Position numbers and translations under genes: made by a program
Shown: positions 1 to 13,521 of the stretch, piece after piece
How the letters are laid out: each line of letters begins with the position of its first letter
Numbering within the stretch: position 1 is the stretch's first letter
Assembly (NCBI GenBank): GCA_951406725.2
Contig: OX597817.1
Span: 129,518,001 to 129,582,000, forward strand
Origin: Octopus vulgaris
Taxonomy: Eukaryota
Length of the DNA stretch: 64,000 nt
Direction: 5' to 3'
The notes under the pieces: generated by a model
Databases searched by the model: none
Told to the model about the DNA's origin: nothing
Seen by the model: the letters and a program-made list of their open reading frames with translations, nothing else

Positions 1-593
1 AACTCAGGAAAGTACTGTATTCACCATAAGACATTTAATCCAAACTTTGGATGTTTCTACCACTTTACCTACTTAGTAGTATACAATATTGGAATGTATT
101 AAGATACAAACGTTATATATCTTTAGTTACAGGAAATGCGGCGTGTCATACTCATGCTTGAGTCTTTTAGTAACTTAATTCAAATGGATAATAGTTTCAA
201 ATGCGTTGTGTAGACTTACTTATGCATGTAATAATGTAAGGCAACAACTAAAATATGGATTATCTTTTTCCTAAATTAGGTTTTTCCATATCTAAAATCT
301 TTACCGGATATTTAATTCACAAGTTATATATTACAAATGATCTATTTGTCTTACGCTTAAATTACCAAAATCTCACAACTATCAAAGTAATTTTCACTAT
401 ATAGATCTATCTTAACTATACAATTATGTAGAAGCTTGTATTTTGTATTTCCTATTAATCTTCCACTGAAATTACCAAGATACTTTGACTATTTAAAGCC
501 ATTTTGGTATTAAATAACTACGATAATCCTTAATAAGAAAATTAAGAAAATGTTTTTATACTTTTTTCTTTCAAATTTTTTATACCATCACAG

Positions 594-626
594 AAAATGC
601 TGAAGTTATTTCAAAGAAAGAGAACG
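594..626 (+). CDS. Micro-exon 1 (33 nt, phase 1-1) of micro-exon gene; xNAEVISKKEN
   Basis: Pyrimidine tract ...tataccatcacag acceptor, donor gtaagttgacatac, length multiple of 3, no stop. Confidence 0.8.
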
Positions 627-2332
627 GTAAGTTGACATACATTTCTCAAAAGACATAATTTTCTATCACAAAATAATATTTTGAGGGTCACTTCTGATCA
701 TTTGGTATTCAATTGCAAAGAGACACAATTGAAGTGGGTGACCTTGGTGGTGGCTATTAAAACTCATGTAGTCAGACTAGATATTCACTAAGTGGTTGTT
801 CAATACAAGATGGTTTTACAACAGGTTGTACATAATAACTATTATAACAGAGTCCTTAATTTGATTTATAGAATATACATTTACAAGTACTACCTGTTCC
901 ATGATTGAGTGGTCGGCGACTAAACCGACTTCCCCACCTGAGTTGGTTGCTATTCTTGAGGCGGGTGTCTAGACACACCCAGCAGTACTAAAAATAAGAC
1001 ATGTCGAAGAACAAATGAGCTCCTTGTGGGCCAACGGCCATCCAGTTGGGGAAAGCTATGGCAAACCATCTCAATATCTTTGAAAAGAAAACACTATAAG
1101 TCAAAACTTTAGGGCTTCATCCGATGGGAGAAGACGCGCTTAATCAGAAAGACTATTACCTTAGTATTATTAACGCACTGCAAAAGCGTACGATACATGG
1201 CGACAATGATGATGACATTTACAACAATTATAAACAGAAGAGCCGAAATGCAAAAGCAAAATAATTAAGATGAGTTAGGACTTTGGTGTGAATCCTAAAC
1301 ATATGTACGTAAGTTGTACATCATAAGTAAAACACGTGTGTATCAAATGTACAACAGATGGAATATGAATGCCAGCCTCAACCAGTAACAGTTATTGAAT
1401 GTAGCTAGCATATCCCATCTTTTATTCTCTAATGGTTCTAGCCATCGGACAATCTTCATTCCTGAACACTGCCTTCAAGGGTTTCTGGGTAGTTACATTG
1501 ATTCCTGTATGTTTTTCTGCTGCATACTTAGAAAAGATATAAACTACAAAGTGAATATTGCTTTGTTGGGTAGGAAAGTCAGATATAGATACTGCAGAGT
1601 ATGTGATCGAATACCTGATCGAATACATCAGTTTCCCACATAAAGATATATCATACCATTTACTCATGATGGTGGAGCTTCAGTTTGGTGTGTAATTTAA
1701 ATATAGCGCAGACCGTTGCTTATGGCAAATTAAAGATCTATATACTATGCATGTTATTTATGTGTGGGGTGGGGGTGGAAGAAAACGGAGACGTTTGAGT
1801 GTACTTGAAAACTTTTCGTAAACTATATATGCTAAATTGCCTAGGCAAGAACAATGCTAAATTGATAAGCAAAAATCGGGACCACGTCCACAGCACTGCT
1901 TCAGTTTCCAATTTTCCTTAAACGTGTTAATTCACTTCAATTTATTCTTAATTTCTTGAAATTACTTCCACTTCTTATTCAGAGCAATTAAGAAATATCG
2001 TTGGGCTTCTGTTTATTTTCTTTTCTGTCAGTTATCCAGAATTTTAACAAATGTAAAATTATCATGTATGTCTTTCAGTGCACCACATTTTACCTTTCAA
2101 TGCAAATTCATATAACTGGCTACCTTCAGCTGTTGTCTTTTAGCACACACACACACACACACAAACACACACACTCACTTACACACACACACACACTCAC
2201 ACACACACTCACTCACACACACACTCACTCACACACACACATTAACTACAATATGTATATATACATATTTAAAATATATGTGCATATTATACGCATATCA
2301 ATAAATGCATACATACATACATACATATATAC

Positions 2333-2369
<37 letters not shown>

Positions 2370-2370
<1 letters not shown>

Positions 2371-2630
2371 AAATAAATAAATGCGCCCTTTTAAAGCCTA
2401 GCAAGGCTCATGGGCCCGGTTTCCCGGTTTCCATGGCGTATGTGTTCCCAAGCTGGATGGGACGCCAGTCCATCGCAGCGTTACTCATTTTCGTCAGCTG
2501 AGTGGACTGGAGCAACCTGAAATGAAGTGTTTTGCTCAAGAACACAACGCGTCGCCTGGTCCAGGAATCGAAATCACTCTCTTACGATCATGATGCTGAC
2601 ACCCTAACCACTAAGTCACGCGTCTCCACA
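2370..2630 (-). mobile_element. tRNA-derived SINE family C
   Basis: Reverse strand shows A/B-box-like head (tagtggttagg...ttcgattcc); related + strand copies near 24212-24450 and 63640-63790. Confidence 0.75.
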
Positions 2631-2678
2631 TATATATGTATATATACACAAATATTTTTCTGCGATGATATATATACG

Positions 2679-2710
<32 letters not shown>

Positions 2711-3190
2711 CAAAATTACTCACATGCATACAAGCAGATAGATAGATTGTATAGTATAGTATAATATAGTGACCACGCTCAGTGTGGGGCGGTTATCTCC
2801 ACCTTCCAGTACATAGACAATGTACTTTTTATGGCTATAAGTGTGTTTGACACTTATTTCTAGCAATGTAAGTGCTACACTGCACACTCAGTCATTATTA
2901 GGGACAATAAAATTTTTCCTATATATATATATATTTGAAAATATAAGTAAAAGAGGTTTCAGAAACGTTCCCTCTATAGATGAGTAAGGAGATTAGAAAT
3001 TTAATTCCTACATTATAATTCATCTATATATTGACTTATATTTTCAAATAACCGTTATAGCCTTTAGTTATATTTAATACCTAACTGGATTCACATGTCT
3101 TGTTCTCATTAGGATAAATATGAATCTCCTAATTTCTATTCTGCTATTTCCTTTCTCAAGTTCTTTGTAAAAACCTTGGTTTATACTTCT

Positions 3191-3299
3191 TGCACTGAAG
3201 AGTACATTGATATATAATTAATCTAATTAATTTTATTTAATTCAATTCAACCATGAATTTGCCTGATTTTTATATCTCTGTACGAAACGATCGTCTGCA
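3191..3299 (+). ncRNA. Type I hammerhead ribozyme motif (PLE type, long stem II loop)
   Basis: TGCA-CTGAAGA-GTACA-(~72 nt)-TGTAC-GAAAC-GATC-GTC-TGCA: intact core, all three stems, palindromic stem III. Confidence 0.8.
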
Positions 3300-3538
3300 T
3301 AAATTAAAATTCTCTTATATATTTTGACATCTTCTCCTCTCCATTTTTAACTAAACTGTTGAGTTGTATGGGATTTCTTTCCTTAAATTCACAACACATC
3401 ATATACTAGTGTTATTCTCATTTTCGCAAATATACGCCTGTAAACTACGACTAAAATATTAAGAATCAATATTAGAAATCATTTTGGAAACCTCCAAATT
3501 AAAGAACGAATCTAAAGTCAACCTTTTTACATCTATAT

Positions 3539-3603
<65 letters not shown>

Positions 3604-3771
3604 GGGTGCGGCAGAAAGGTTGTTCTCATTTCAAAGGTTAATAAAAACAAACACATAAAGTTACAAGAAAAAACGATGCTCTCCCATTCCAGGCCATGGT
3701 AGGTACTATCTGAAACAGAAAATGATATTTAATGAACTTCATAGAAATACAGTTGGTGACGTCCTGATTCC

Positions 3772-3816
3772 ATATATATATGTATATATATATATATGTA
3801 TATATACATGCACATA

Positions 3817-3862
<46 letters not shown>

Positions 3863-3869
3863 GCACATA

Positions 3870-3907
<38 letters not shown>

Positions 3908-4248
3908 GCACATATATATATTATTTATATATATATATATATATATACATGCACATATATATATTATTTATATATATATATATATATATACATGCACATA
4001 TATATATTATTTATATATATATATATATATATATACATGCACATATATATATTATTTATATATATATATATATATATACATGCACATATATATATTATTT
4101 ATATATATATATATATACATGCACATGTATATATTATTTATATATATATATATATATATATACATGCACATATATATATTATTTATATATATATATATAT
4201 ACATGCACATATATATATTATTTATATTATATATATATATATATTATT

Positions 4249-4286
<38 letters not shown>

Positions 4287-4304
4287 GCACATACATATAT
4301 TATT

Positions 4305-4342
<38 letters not shown>

Positions 4343-4436
4343 GCATATATATATATTATTTATATTATATATATATATATACATGCACATATATATATTA
4401 TTTATATTATATATATATGTATATATATATATATAA

Positions 4437-4463
<27 letters not shown>
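3772..4463. repeat. Higher-order microsatellite: about 14 units of (AT)n-ACATGCAC-ATATATATATTATTT, followed by (GT)n
   Basis: Directly visible ~40-bp periodicity. Confidence 0.9.
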
Positions 4464-4467
<4 letters not shown>

Positions 4468-6059
4468 GAGGTATGCATTGTTTTATACATGAATATAAGT
4501 ATATATGAATGTAATATAATCTTAAGTTTAACATTTTCAGGAAACATATTTATGCACATGAATGTATGGCTGAACGTAAATTTAGGTATGTACAATTTCA
4601 TGATTACAACTTTCTTGTTTATTAAACTATAGCAATAGATCAAATATGATGATTATGAATTATTTAAATACTAAGATTCATATATAAACGACATTTGCTA
4701 TTATGAACACTGATTTGAAACAAGAAAGCGAAACGGAACCATTGACCAAATCGAGAAAACATATATATAACTTTCCGGGTGAACGTGTTACTCTTTATTT
4801 TGTGTACAGAAGGCTTGCCAATACCTATTTAAAACGATTTTTCTGTTATTATATGGTGGTCTTGATATTATAATTTGGGTGAAATGGATGGTAATGGCTT
4901 TTTTTTATTGCTTTCGTTTCGTTTCGTTTTGTTTCTTCGGACTCATTCCGATAGTCATCGGCGGAGAAGTGATAAGGTCGTCACCAACCATCTTCTAAAG
5001 ATTACAAACAAAGTAGTATAGACTCCAGGAGTAAGTTGGTCCAGCAACCAGAAATGAAACATATAATGGTTTCTGATAAGGCTAACAATTTTAAGAGGAT
5101 GCGTTAGTGTATAGCACTGACTCCAGTACTTGACTGGTTCTTTATTTTATCAAACCCGAAAGGAAGTGATCTAGGTTGCATTTGAGGTTAGAATGTAAAG
5201 AGTCGGAAGAAATATTGTAAAAAAATTTGTCCGACCCTCTAATGATTCTGACAATCTAGTGAAAAACAAATAAAAACATTTGCACCAAGATAGCAAAAAA
5301 GTCAAAGAACCGTCAACAGTGAAATAAGTACTCAACTCTGGAGGAGATGCCATCATTACCTGAGCACAGCTTTAGTCGAAATGGCTAATGCAAATTAAGA
5401 AGCTAAAAACAAAAAAAAAACACATAAGAAACAAACATGTGTATGTGTGTGTGTGTGTGTGCGTGAATATTAACTGAAAAACGGGCTCACAAAAAACGAC
5501 AGTGATTTCAAAGTTTCGCTGGCCTTCTGTATGTAAATGTTCGCCTTCTTCTTGTCAGTGCATTCGCTTACCAGAGAATTTAGCTACATACGTAAGATAC
5601 CTTAAAACTTAGTCTGAAATAACCGTGTTATATCCTTTTCCCTTTGGCATTTGAAAATGTTATTACAAATCTTATGAAAGTATTTTTGTGCATAAATTCA
5701 TTTATTTAAATTTAATTATTAGCTGTAATATTCATATTTCGTTGCAAATATAAATTTCAGTGTACATTCAATTTTCAGTTTCGTTTATAATTTCTATGAC
5801 TGTCACAACTTTTCCTCTTCTGTCAACATTTGGAAGTAATGTGTCATGTAAGTTATGTGAAACCATGTTCAAATCCTACGAATAATAAATTTGCGCTTTA
5901 TGTCCTCGAGGTTGATGTGACATGTACCAGTTAAGTACTGCTGTAGACTTAATCAATTAAATTTCTCCTCTATATGTACAAGTCATTTTTGTATATTTTA
6001 AGTCCTCATAATTTATCTTAAACACCAGAAATGACTCATGTTATTTATTTTAATTACAG

Positions 6060-6107
6060 ATAAGAATAATAATCTTAAAGCCTCTTCTCCTGGTGGGCAT
6101 CCAAACA
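6060..6107 (+). CDS. Micro-exon 2 (48 nt); DKNNNLKASSPGGHPN
   Basis: atgttatttattttaattacag acceptor, gtaagt donor; upstream intron homologous to that of exon 3. Confidence 0.8.
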
Positions 6108-6136
6108 GTAAGTATATATACATATGTGTGTGTGTG

Positions 6137-6194
<58 letters not shown>

Positions 6195-6195
<1 letters not shown>

Positions 6196-8440
6196 CCCGG
6201 TGGTAATCAAGCTGACCCACAACAGCGAAACTGATTAAAATGGACAAAATAGAACAACAATTTGTTGTTTAAATGTTATATTAGGAGTGAGTCAGAGAAA
6301 AGAGACTATAGGAAAAGGTTACTGGAACTCTGGGAAAAAATATTATCCATATGATGAGCTGAAGGATATGAATGAGCAAAGGTAGGCTGATCAGATAAGA
6401 AAACTTAAGACCAAAAAGTGGTTAGATAAGATGGAACTGGAGGAGATTATAATAGAAGTGCGAACGAGGCTGCAGGGGACTACTGGTCCAGAAGAAATAC
6501 CCATGGAACAGGAAAATCTACAGAGCTTGGATAAGGAGGGAGGAAATCTGCAATGTACAGAAGACATTAGTGTACCTTCAACTAGAGAATCACTGAAGAA
6601 ATTAGCCCAGAACTAGCTATTCTCCAAAACAAAATTCTGGAAGTAATGTTTCTTGAGTTGAGGAAAAGGTTACCATTATTGAAGTCTTGTGATAGGACAA
6701 AGCTAAGATCTGAACTCAGAAAAGCGAACGAAATTGTCATGAGAGTTCCATTTAAGGACATCACCAAGTTAGATTCCTTGATGTATGTTGCTGCTTACGT
6801 CATCATAGAGAAGATGGGAAGGCTTACAGAAAATAAACTACAGTGATACAAAGAAACATTCTGGAAAAGGAAAAGAAAAGAAATCCTCGATACATGGTTT
6901 GGGGATTTAAGTAAGATCCAGGAAGTAAGGAAAGGAAATATGAGGCTCAACGAAAGAGCAATAAATGAATAAGAAATACCAGGACTCTCTATTTATATCG
7001 ATGACGTTAAAAAAAAAGAGCAAATCTAGTGAAGTTAAGACCAAAAGATACGAGGAAATATATCTGCAGTTTAAACAAAGCCGTTTAAGACAAATCAGCT
7101 ATTCTTCGAGACTTTCGATGGAAGAAATAAGGAAGAATCAGAGTTACCTGATCCCAAAGAAACAACTTCGTTTTGGGGCAAGATCTGATCAGAGAATGTC
7201 AAGCACAACAAGGCTCTCTGGCTCCAAGAAGTAGAAGAAGAATTCAATGACATGTAGATACAAAAGGACATTACGATCACATTGGAGGATATTCAAGCCG
7301 GAGTTGATGAGAAATTGGAAGGTAGCGAACCCGGACCTGTCTCCGGGGTTTGGGTTCAAGAGTTTGACAAATTTACGAGGGGTGTTCGTTAAAGATTCCC
7401 TTTGATCCACTTCCGGTTATTGCAGGGAACGGAACTTGTACAGGTATAATTATACATGTCTCTGCATATTACATTGTAAATTGTAGCTTTCTACAGTATT
7501 CCTTTGTCTTTTATACGGCTGCTGATCCTGAGACTAAAGTCCAATCGAAGCAATGGAAGCATAATTCACCACGTCCAAAGAAGGCTCGTGTCCAACCTTC
7601 AGCAGGCAAGGTGACGCTCATCGTATTTTGGGACCAACGCGGAGTAGTGATGATGGATTTTCTGGCAAAAGGCACCGTATTTAACGAGGCATATTATACA
7701 TCTCTGCTGCAGAAATTGTGGGACGCCATCAAAGCAAAGAGGAGTGACATGCTGACCAAAGGGGTCCGTCTCCTCCAAGACAACGCCCCATTTCACAATG
7801 AACATGTTGCCCAGATGAAAGCACACTCCTGCAACTATGAAATCCGTCCTCAACCTCCTTACTCTCCCGACCTCGCACCATTTAACTTCCACCTCTTTCC
7901 AACCATGAAGTCTTTTTTGAAGGGGAATCACTTTTCGGATGATGATGAACTTATTTCCGAGGTAAAGTCTTGGCTCCAGACGCAACCAACTGACTTCTAC
8001 AGCCGAGGTCTTCACAGGTGCATAAAGCGATGCGATAAGTGTGTCGCCATTGGTGGTGGCTATGTGGAGGGCTAATAACTATGCCAAGTTTCGTTTAGTT
8101 TATCCCAGTCTTTGGGAAGTGGATCAGAAAAAATCTTTAATGAACACCCCTCGTACATCCTATACTACAAGATTTCCTGCAAGGTTCTGTACACCAAGGA
8201 ATCGTACCAAAATGGATGATCAAAGGAAGGACTGTGGTGATTCCGATACACTCAGCCAAGGGTGTTGTGGCCAGTAACTATTGTCCGATTGCTTGTTTAA
8301 CTATTATGTGGACGTTTCTAACTAGAATAATGAGAAAGAAATTGTATGACTATCTTGAAAGAAATGAACTGTTAGCGGATGGACAGAAAGACTGCAGGAA
8401 GGAATCACAAGGAACAAAGGGTCGGTTGCATGGCAATATA
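6195..8440 (+). mobile_element. Degenerate R4/R2-like (restriction-endonuclease clade) non-LTR retrotransposon, interrupted by a mariner
   Basis: Fragments WMIKGRTVVI...ASNYCPIACL...LLADGQKDCRKESQGTK resemble the N-terminal RT region of R4-like elements; many stops. Confidence 0.75.
7376..8153 (+). mobile_element. Internally deleted mariner element with C-terminal transposase ORF (7611-8075)
   Basis: TIRs cgagggggtgttcgttaaagat...gatccacttcc / ggaagtggatc...atctttaatgaacacccctcg, TA TSD; LLQDNAP and YSPDLAP motifs. Confidence 0.92.
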
Positions 8441-9913
8441 CGAGGATGGAGCGAGAAGTTAATAGGCTGACTATGAAAGAGTGATGTTAGAGTTGTGAAA
8501 TCTTGCATGCATTAATTTTAACTCCTCTTATTTATAATTACATTATTTTTTCCAGGTAAACTGATATCTAACTGTTCAAAGAAGGCTTCAAACGTAGCTA
8601 GTTACGTCTTCTCTTAAAAATGGAGAAAATTTGGTATTGTGGGGTTATCATTTAATGCACAAAAAAGTTTTGGCCCCCAACAACATTCATGCTGATATGG
8701 GTGCTACATTAGGGAATAACGTTCCAGCTTTATCAGTAGTGCAAAAGTGGGCAACTGAATTTAGGAGGGGAAGGGATAATCTTGAAGATGACCCAAGACC
8801 TTGGCGTCCTGCAACTGCCACCACTGAGGAAAACATTGATCGTATTTACCACACGGTGATAGATGGCAGGATATCGACTATAAATCAAATATTCTTTTCT
8901 ACTCTAAGCACAAGGCTCGAAATTTTGGTGGAGGGGGTCAGTCGATTAGATCGACTCCAGTACGCAACTGGTACTTAATTTATCGACTCCGAAAGGCAAA
9001 GTCAACCTCGGTGGAATTTGAAATCAGAAAGTAAAGACAGACGAAATACCGCAAAGCATTTCGCCCGGCGTGCTAACGTTTCTGTCAGCTCTCCGCCCGA
9101 TAAATCAAATAGCCAATGCTATTATCATATCCCCTGAGAAATTTGAGAATATCTTACACAATGAACTTGGCATGACGAAGGTCTCAGCTCGATGAGCACC
9201 TGATAAAAAGAGCATCAGGCTGATCACGGGAAAATCTGACATTGTTTGAGGCAGATCCAACTGCTTTCTTTGTGCGTTTCCTAACCCAGGATGAGTGTTG
9301 GCTTCATCACTTCGAGCCAAAGACAGAGATAATTCGTGCAATAGCAACACCCCCTACTCACTCCAAAAAAGGTCATGTCCATTTCATCTGAAGGGAAGGT
9401 GAACTCAGTTTTTTGGAATGCAGATGCAAATGGCATTGTGTTTATTGACTATCTTCAAAAGGGCCACGCCATCAATGGAGATTACTATGCCGACTTGCTG
9501 AGGTAGTTACGAAATGCCCAGAAAAACTGACGAAAGGAGTCTTGTTCCATTAGGACAATATTACAGCACACAAATTCTAGGACTGAATGGCTTCTGTGCG
9601 TAACTGTAGTTTTGTATTGTTGATCATCTGCTTTGTTCTCCTGATTTGGTCCTAACTGACTATCATCTGTTCCCCAGCATGAAAAAACACTTGACTAGGA
9701 ACTGATATCGCATTAATGTTGAGTCACATGAGCTGGTGATGACTTGTTTGACCAACAGGATGAAAGCTTCTTCACCAACGCGATCCAAGAACTACAATAC
9801 CGTTGGAAGGAGTGTGTGAACTGCAAGGGGGACTATGTTGAAAAATAGACTTCCTTTGGTCACATTCCATGAGAGTATCTTAGTCAACCTTTAAACCTTT
9901 CAGCCGGCCCTCG
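8441..9913 (+). mobile_element. Near full-length degenerate mariner element
   Basis: Ends cgagg...ggctgac / gtcaacc...cctcg; KWATEFRRGRDNLEDDPRP motif; DDD-region remnants with stops and frameshifts. Confidence 0.88.
8892..9099 (-). mobile_element. SINE family B inserted in the mariner
   Basis: 12-bp TSD ataaatcaaata at 8880-8891 and 9100-9111; family B core sequence. Confidence 0.88.
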
Positions 9914-10192
9914 CAGAACTTAGTTCATTAAATAACCAACCATGGATTCCTTCAAACCTTATTAGATTTCTTGAAGTCAATATTATGTATCAACAATAGA
10001 CCTGTTAGATATAAGCCACTCTTGCTGTATTAAAGAAGAGATGGGTGATACCCAACATAAAGTGTATCCTTGAAAATATTGAATCAATTATATATCTCCG
10101 CTATAAATATGTCACGATTTTGCATAACTTAAAACTTATCATAAATTGTCTTAAACATCAGAAATGGTTGATGTTATTCATTTTAATTACAG

Positions 10193-10234
10193 AGAAGTAT
10201 AAACATATCGTTACCGCCCCTAGAAAAACAGCCG
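10193..10234 (+). CDS. Micro-exon 3 (42 nt); KKYKHIVTAPRKTA
   Basis: atgttattcattttaattacag acceptor, gtaagttgacatat donor. Confidence 0.8.
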
Positions 10235-10259
10235 GTAAGTTGACATATCTTTATCGTTT

Positions 10260-10624
10260 ATCTTTTACTTGTTTCAGTGAGTAGACTGTGGCCATGCTGG
10301 AGCACCACCTTCAAAGGTTTACTCAAACAAATCGACCCCAAAACCTATTTTGTTAGGGCTGATACATATTCTATCGGCCTCTTTCATTATGCATGTGGGT
10401 GGGGAGACAAACATACACACACACAAACATGTGTGTGTGTGTTTTATGTATGCATGTGCGCGCGACGGGTTACTCTCAATTTCCGTCGACGCAATCCATT
10501 CATGAGGCTTTGTTCGGCCCGAGTCAATTGCAGAAGACTTGCCCAAGGTACCACGCAGTTGGACTAAACCCCGAACCATATGATTGGGACGCAAAATTGT
10601 TTCCATATAGCCACGCCGGCGCCT
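10260..10624 (-). mobile_element. SINE family A, diverged
   Basis: tgtttcagt...gtggccatgctggagcacc...acttgcccaagg motifs. Confidence 0.8.
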
Positions 10625-11654
10625 GTGTATATGTTTCACATAATCTAACATTTTAACATATCGATAAAAAAAATATCAGTAATTACGTGAGAGTACGTAA
10701 GTTGGAATGCTGAAAATGACCTTTCTCTGCCTATCTTGGCACAGACAAAGATCCAGGGCACACAATTAACCATTGTACATGCCTTTGAAATTTAGTGACA
10801 TAGAGTCACCATTATTAACTTAATGCATGATGACGTAGTAGTCTGTAATTATATCTTATACCTTCGTTCAATATTGATGAAAAAATGAGAAGATCCATTA
10901 GCGTTGACGATTGTTCAGAAAAGTATGGGCGATAACTAGGAAATCTAAATTAAATAATAATTGAGTATATAACCAATTGTTGCAGATTCCCGATTCTCGC
11001 TTTTTTTTTTTTCACAACCTAATTAACATATAAATTCTTAGTAATTCTTTAGTTTCAACTACTCTTTACTAACCTCGGTCCTTTGCTAACTCATTTTCTT
11101 TTCCTCCTCAACCCCCAGTCCAATTTGTTGAATGTTCATCTGCATTGTTGCATAATGCCTCTGCTGCCCTCCTTTCTCCCTCATCTCCGTCTTCCCATAA
11201 CCCCTTCTTCTATTTCAACTTACCTAGAGAGCGTTACAAATTTTGAGTATCCTTCCCTCGCACTTTACTTCCTCTCATACCGTACTGCTCACCGACAACT
11301 CAAATCATCTACTACCCCACTCATACCTCCTCTCATATTACTTATACAACCCCCCCCCTTTTTTTCACATTACTTCCCAAAATACTTGCATCCTATCACA
11401 CTAGCTTTCCCCATTCTCTATTCGGATCAACTCTTTCACTCCTTCATTTCGTTCATTTTGTTTGCTTATTTGAAGTTCTTCAACTTAGATGAAAATGCAG
11501 CCTCGTTCTTTCTCCCCAAAATGTTCAAGACTCCAAAACATTGGATCTTTTTAATAGCCATCATGATAATTCAATTCATTAGAACTCTAATACAATTTTT
11601 TATTCAATATGTTGCCTTTCTTTTTTACAAATAACATATATCTTCCTCTTTTAG

Positions 11655-11687
11655 GTTCTTCCAGACAAAATGAATGGAGAAAAAAAA
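11655..11687 (+). CDS. Micro-exon 4 (33 nt); GSSRQNEWRKK
   Basis: tcttcctcttttag acceptor, gtaagttgatatat donor. Confidence 0.72.
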
Positions 11688-11737
11688 GTAAGTTGATATA
11701 TTTATATATGTATACACAGCGATATATATATATAGAG

Positions 11738-11821
<84 letters not shown>

Positions 11822-11822
11822 T

Positions 11823-11881
<59 letters not shown>

Positions 11882-12229
11882 GAATGCATACATACATTAA
11901 CGTTTGTTATTATCTAAAGTTATATACATAGATACAAATAACTATGTGTGTGTGCATACACACATACACACTCACATACATACATACATACATATATATA
12001 GGGTTGGCCAAAAGTCACTCGACAGTAAATCAAAATTCCATAAATACTTTCGGTAATTCTGTATTGACTCGAATGGAAATGTGTCGCTCAAGAAGGACTT
12101 CAGTTTGAACTATTTTCATGATGCTTCATATTTAGATGCTTTTATTAAATTCGTTCAGTTTTTAAACATAAATAAATTTTGGAATTAAATAGCTTTGATT
12201 TACTGTCAGGTATATATATAAAGGCATTT

Positions 12230-12900
12230 CAGATGTTTGGGGGATTTTTTTAGGAGAGGCAGGTGTAACTGTCCTATCCTAGATTATTGTAATTTTAGTA
12301 TATCATTAGTATACATCTAATAAGACGGCATACCAACTTTTGTTACTCCAAATTGAAGGAGATAGGTGTAACATTCCCTGCTAGACACTGCTTGTCACGG
12401 CAGTCGGGACGTATAGAAGGTCGTGATGTCTTAAAGTTTTGTATTAAACTGGCCAAAAATGCTACAGAGACTTATGAAATGCTCCGGAAACTTGTTAAAT
12501 GCTCCAGACTGCTTATGGATCCAAATTCCGCCGAGGTCGACTTTGCCTTTCATCCTTTCGGGGCCGATAAATAAAATACCAGTTTCCCACTGGGGTCGAT
12601 GTAATCGACATAATCCCTTTGTCTGTCCTTGTTTGTCCCCTCTATGTTTAGCCCCTCGTGGGCAGTAAAGAAATAAATTTTTGCACTGTTACAAGAGGTT
12701 CAAGGTCAGCAGGATGGAGGTGAGAGACGATGAGACGTGTGGGAGGGAGAGAGATGTCACAGCATCTAAGCTCGTTGAGACAATTCACAATTTCCTGCTT
12801 GAAGACATTTGTGAGTCTATAAACTTATGAACAGCTTTGTTTCCAAGGGGGCTCAGTGATGAGCATCACAAGTGCAGTGAAGTCGGAGGATGATGATTCG
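12230..12900 (+). mobile_element. Mariner 5' fragment interrupted by a SINE B
   Basis: EGRDVLKFCIKLAKNATETYEML resembles the mariner HTH; continues after the SINE at ~12680. Confidence 0.65.
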
Positions 12901-13521
12901 AAGGAGCCTAGGGACTTGTGCTTCTTTGTAATTTATAAATATCTCTCCTTTGAATGTTTAAAAATTTCTGGAATGCACTCCGTGCAGAACCCTCATTCGT
13001 CGTCTAACGGCAGGAGACTCCCTAATAATATATATGTATGTATTATTAGGGAGTCTCCTGCCGAAACGTTAGCATGCCGGGCGAAATGCGTAGCCGTATT
13101 TCGTCTGCCGTTACGTTCCGTGTTCAAATTCCGCCGAGGTCGACTTAGCCTTTCATTCTTTCGGGGTCGATAAATTAAGTACCAGTTACGCACTGGAGTC
13201 GATGTAATCGACTTAATCCCTTTGTCTGTTCTTGTTTGTCCCCTCTGTGTTTAGCCCCTTGTGGGTAGTAAAGAAATATATATATGTATGTATATATTAT
13301 ATATTATTTTTTCACCATGATAGATCGCTAGCCACTACAAGTTCTTTATTTTCTCTCCTTGTTTCTTTCTGTGTTCCTTTCTGTGGAAGAGCGTAGGCTC
13401 GAAAAGTTAGACTTTTACACTTCCCGAGCATTATATTAATACATCTGTTTGTTGTCTACACCACCGGTCTTCGTCTTTTGTTGTTGTTTTTTTGTAAACT
13501 CTCCCCCTATATGTATGTATA

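Noticed and set aside
3722-4632. Long YI/HT-rich ORFs (218-278 aa), and similar ones at 34938-35642 and 48379-49669
   Set aside because: Translations of (TA)n and (CA/GT)n microsatellites that lack stops by composition
11083-11634. 183-aa hydrophobic ORF
   Set aside because: Pyrimidine-rich low-complexity sequence, non-ATG start, no recognisable motif
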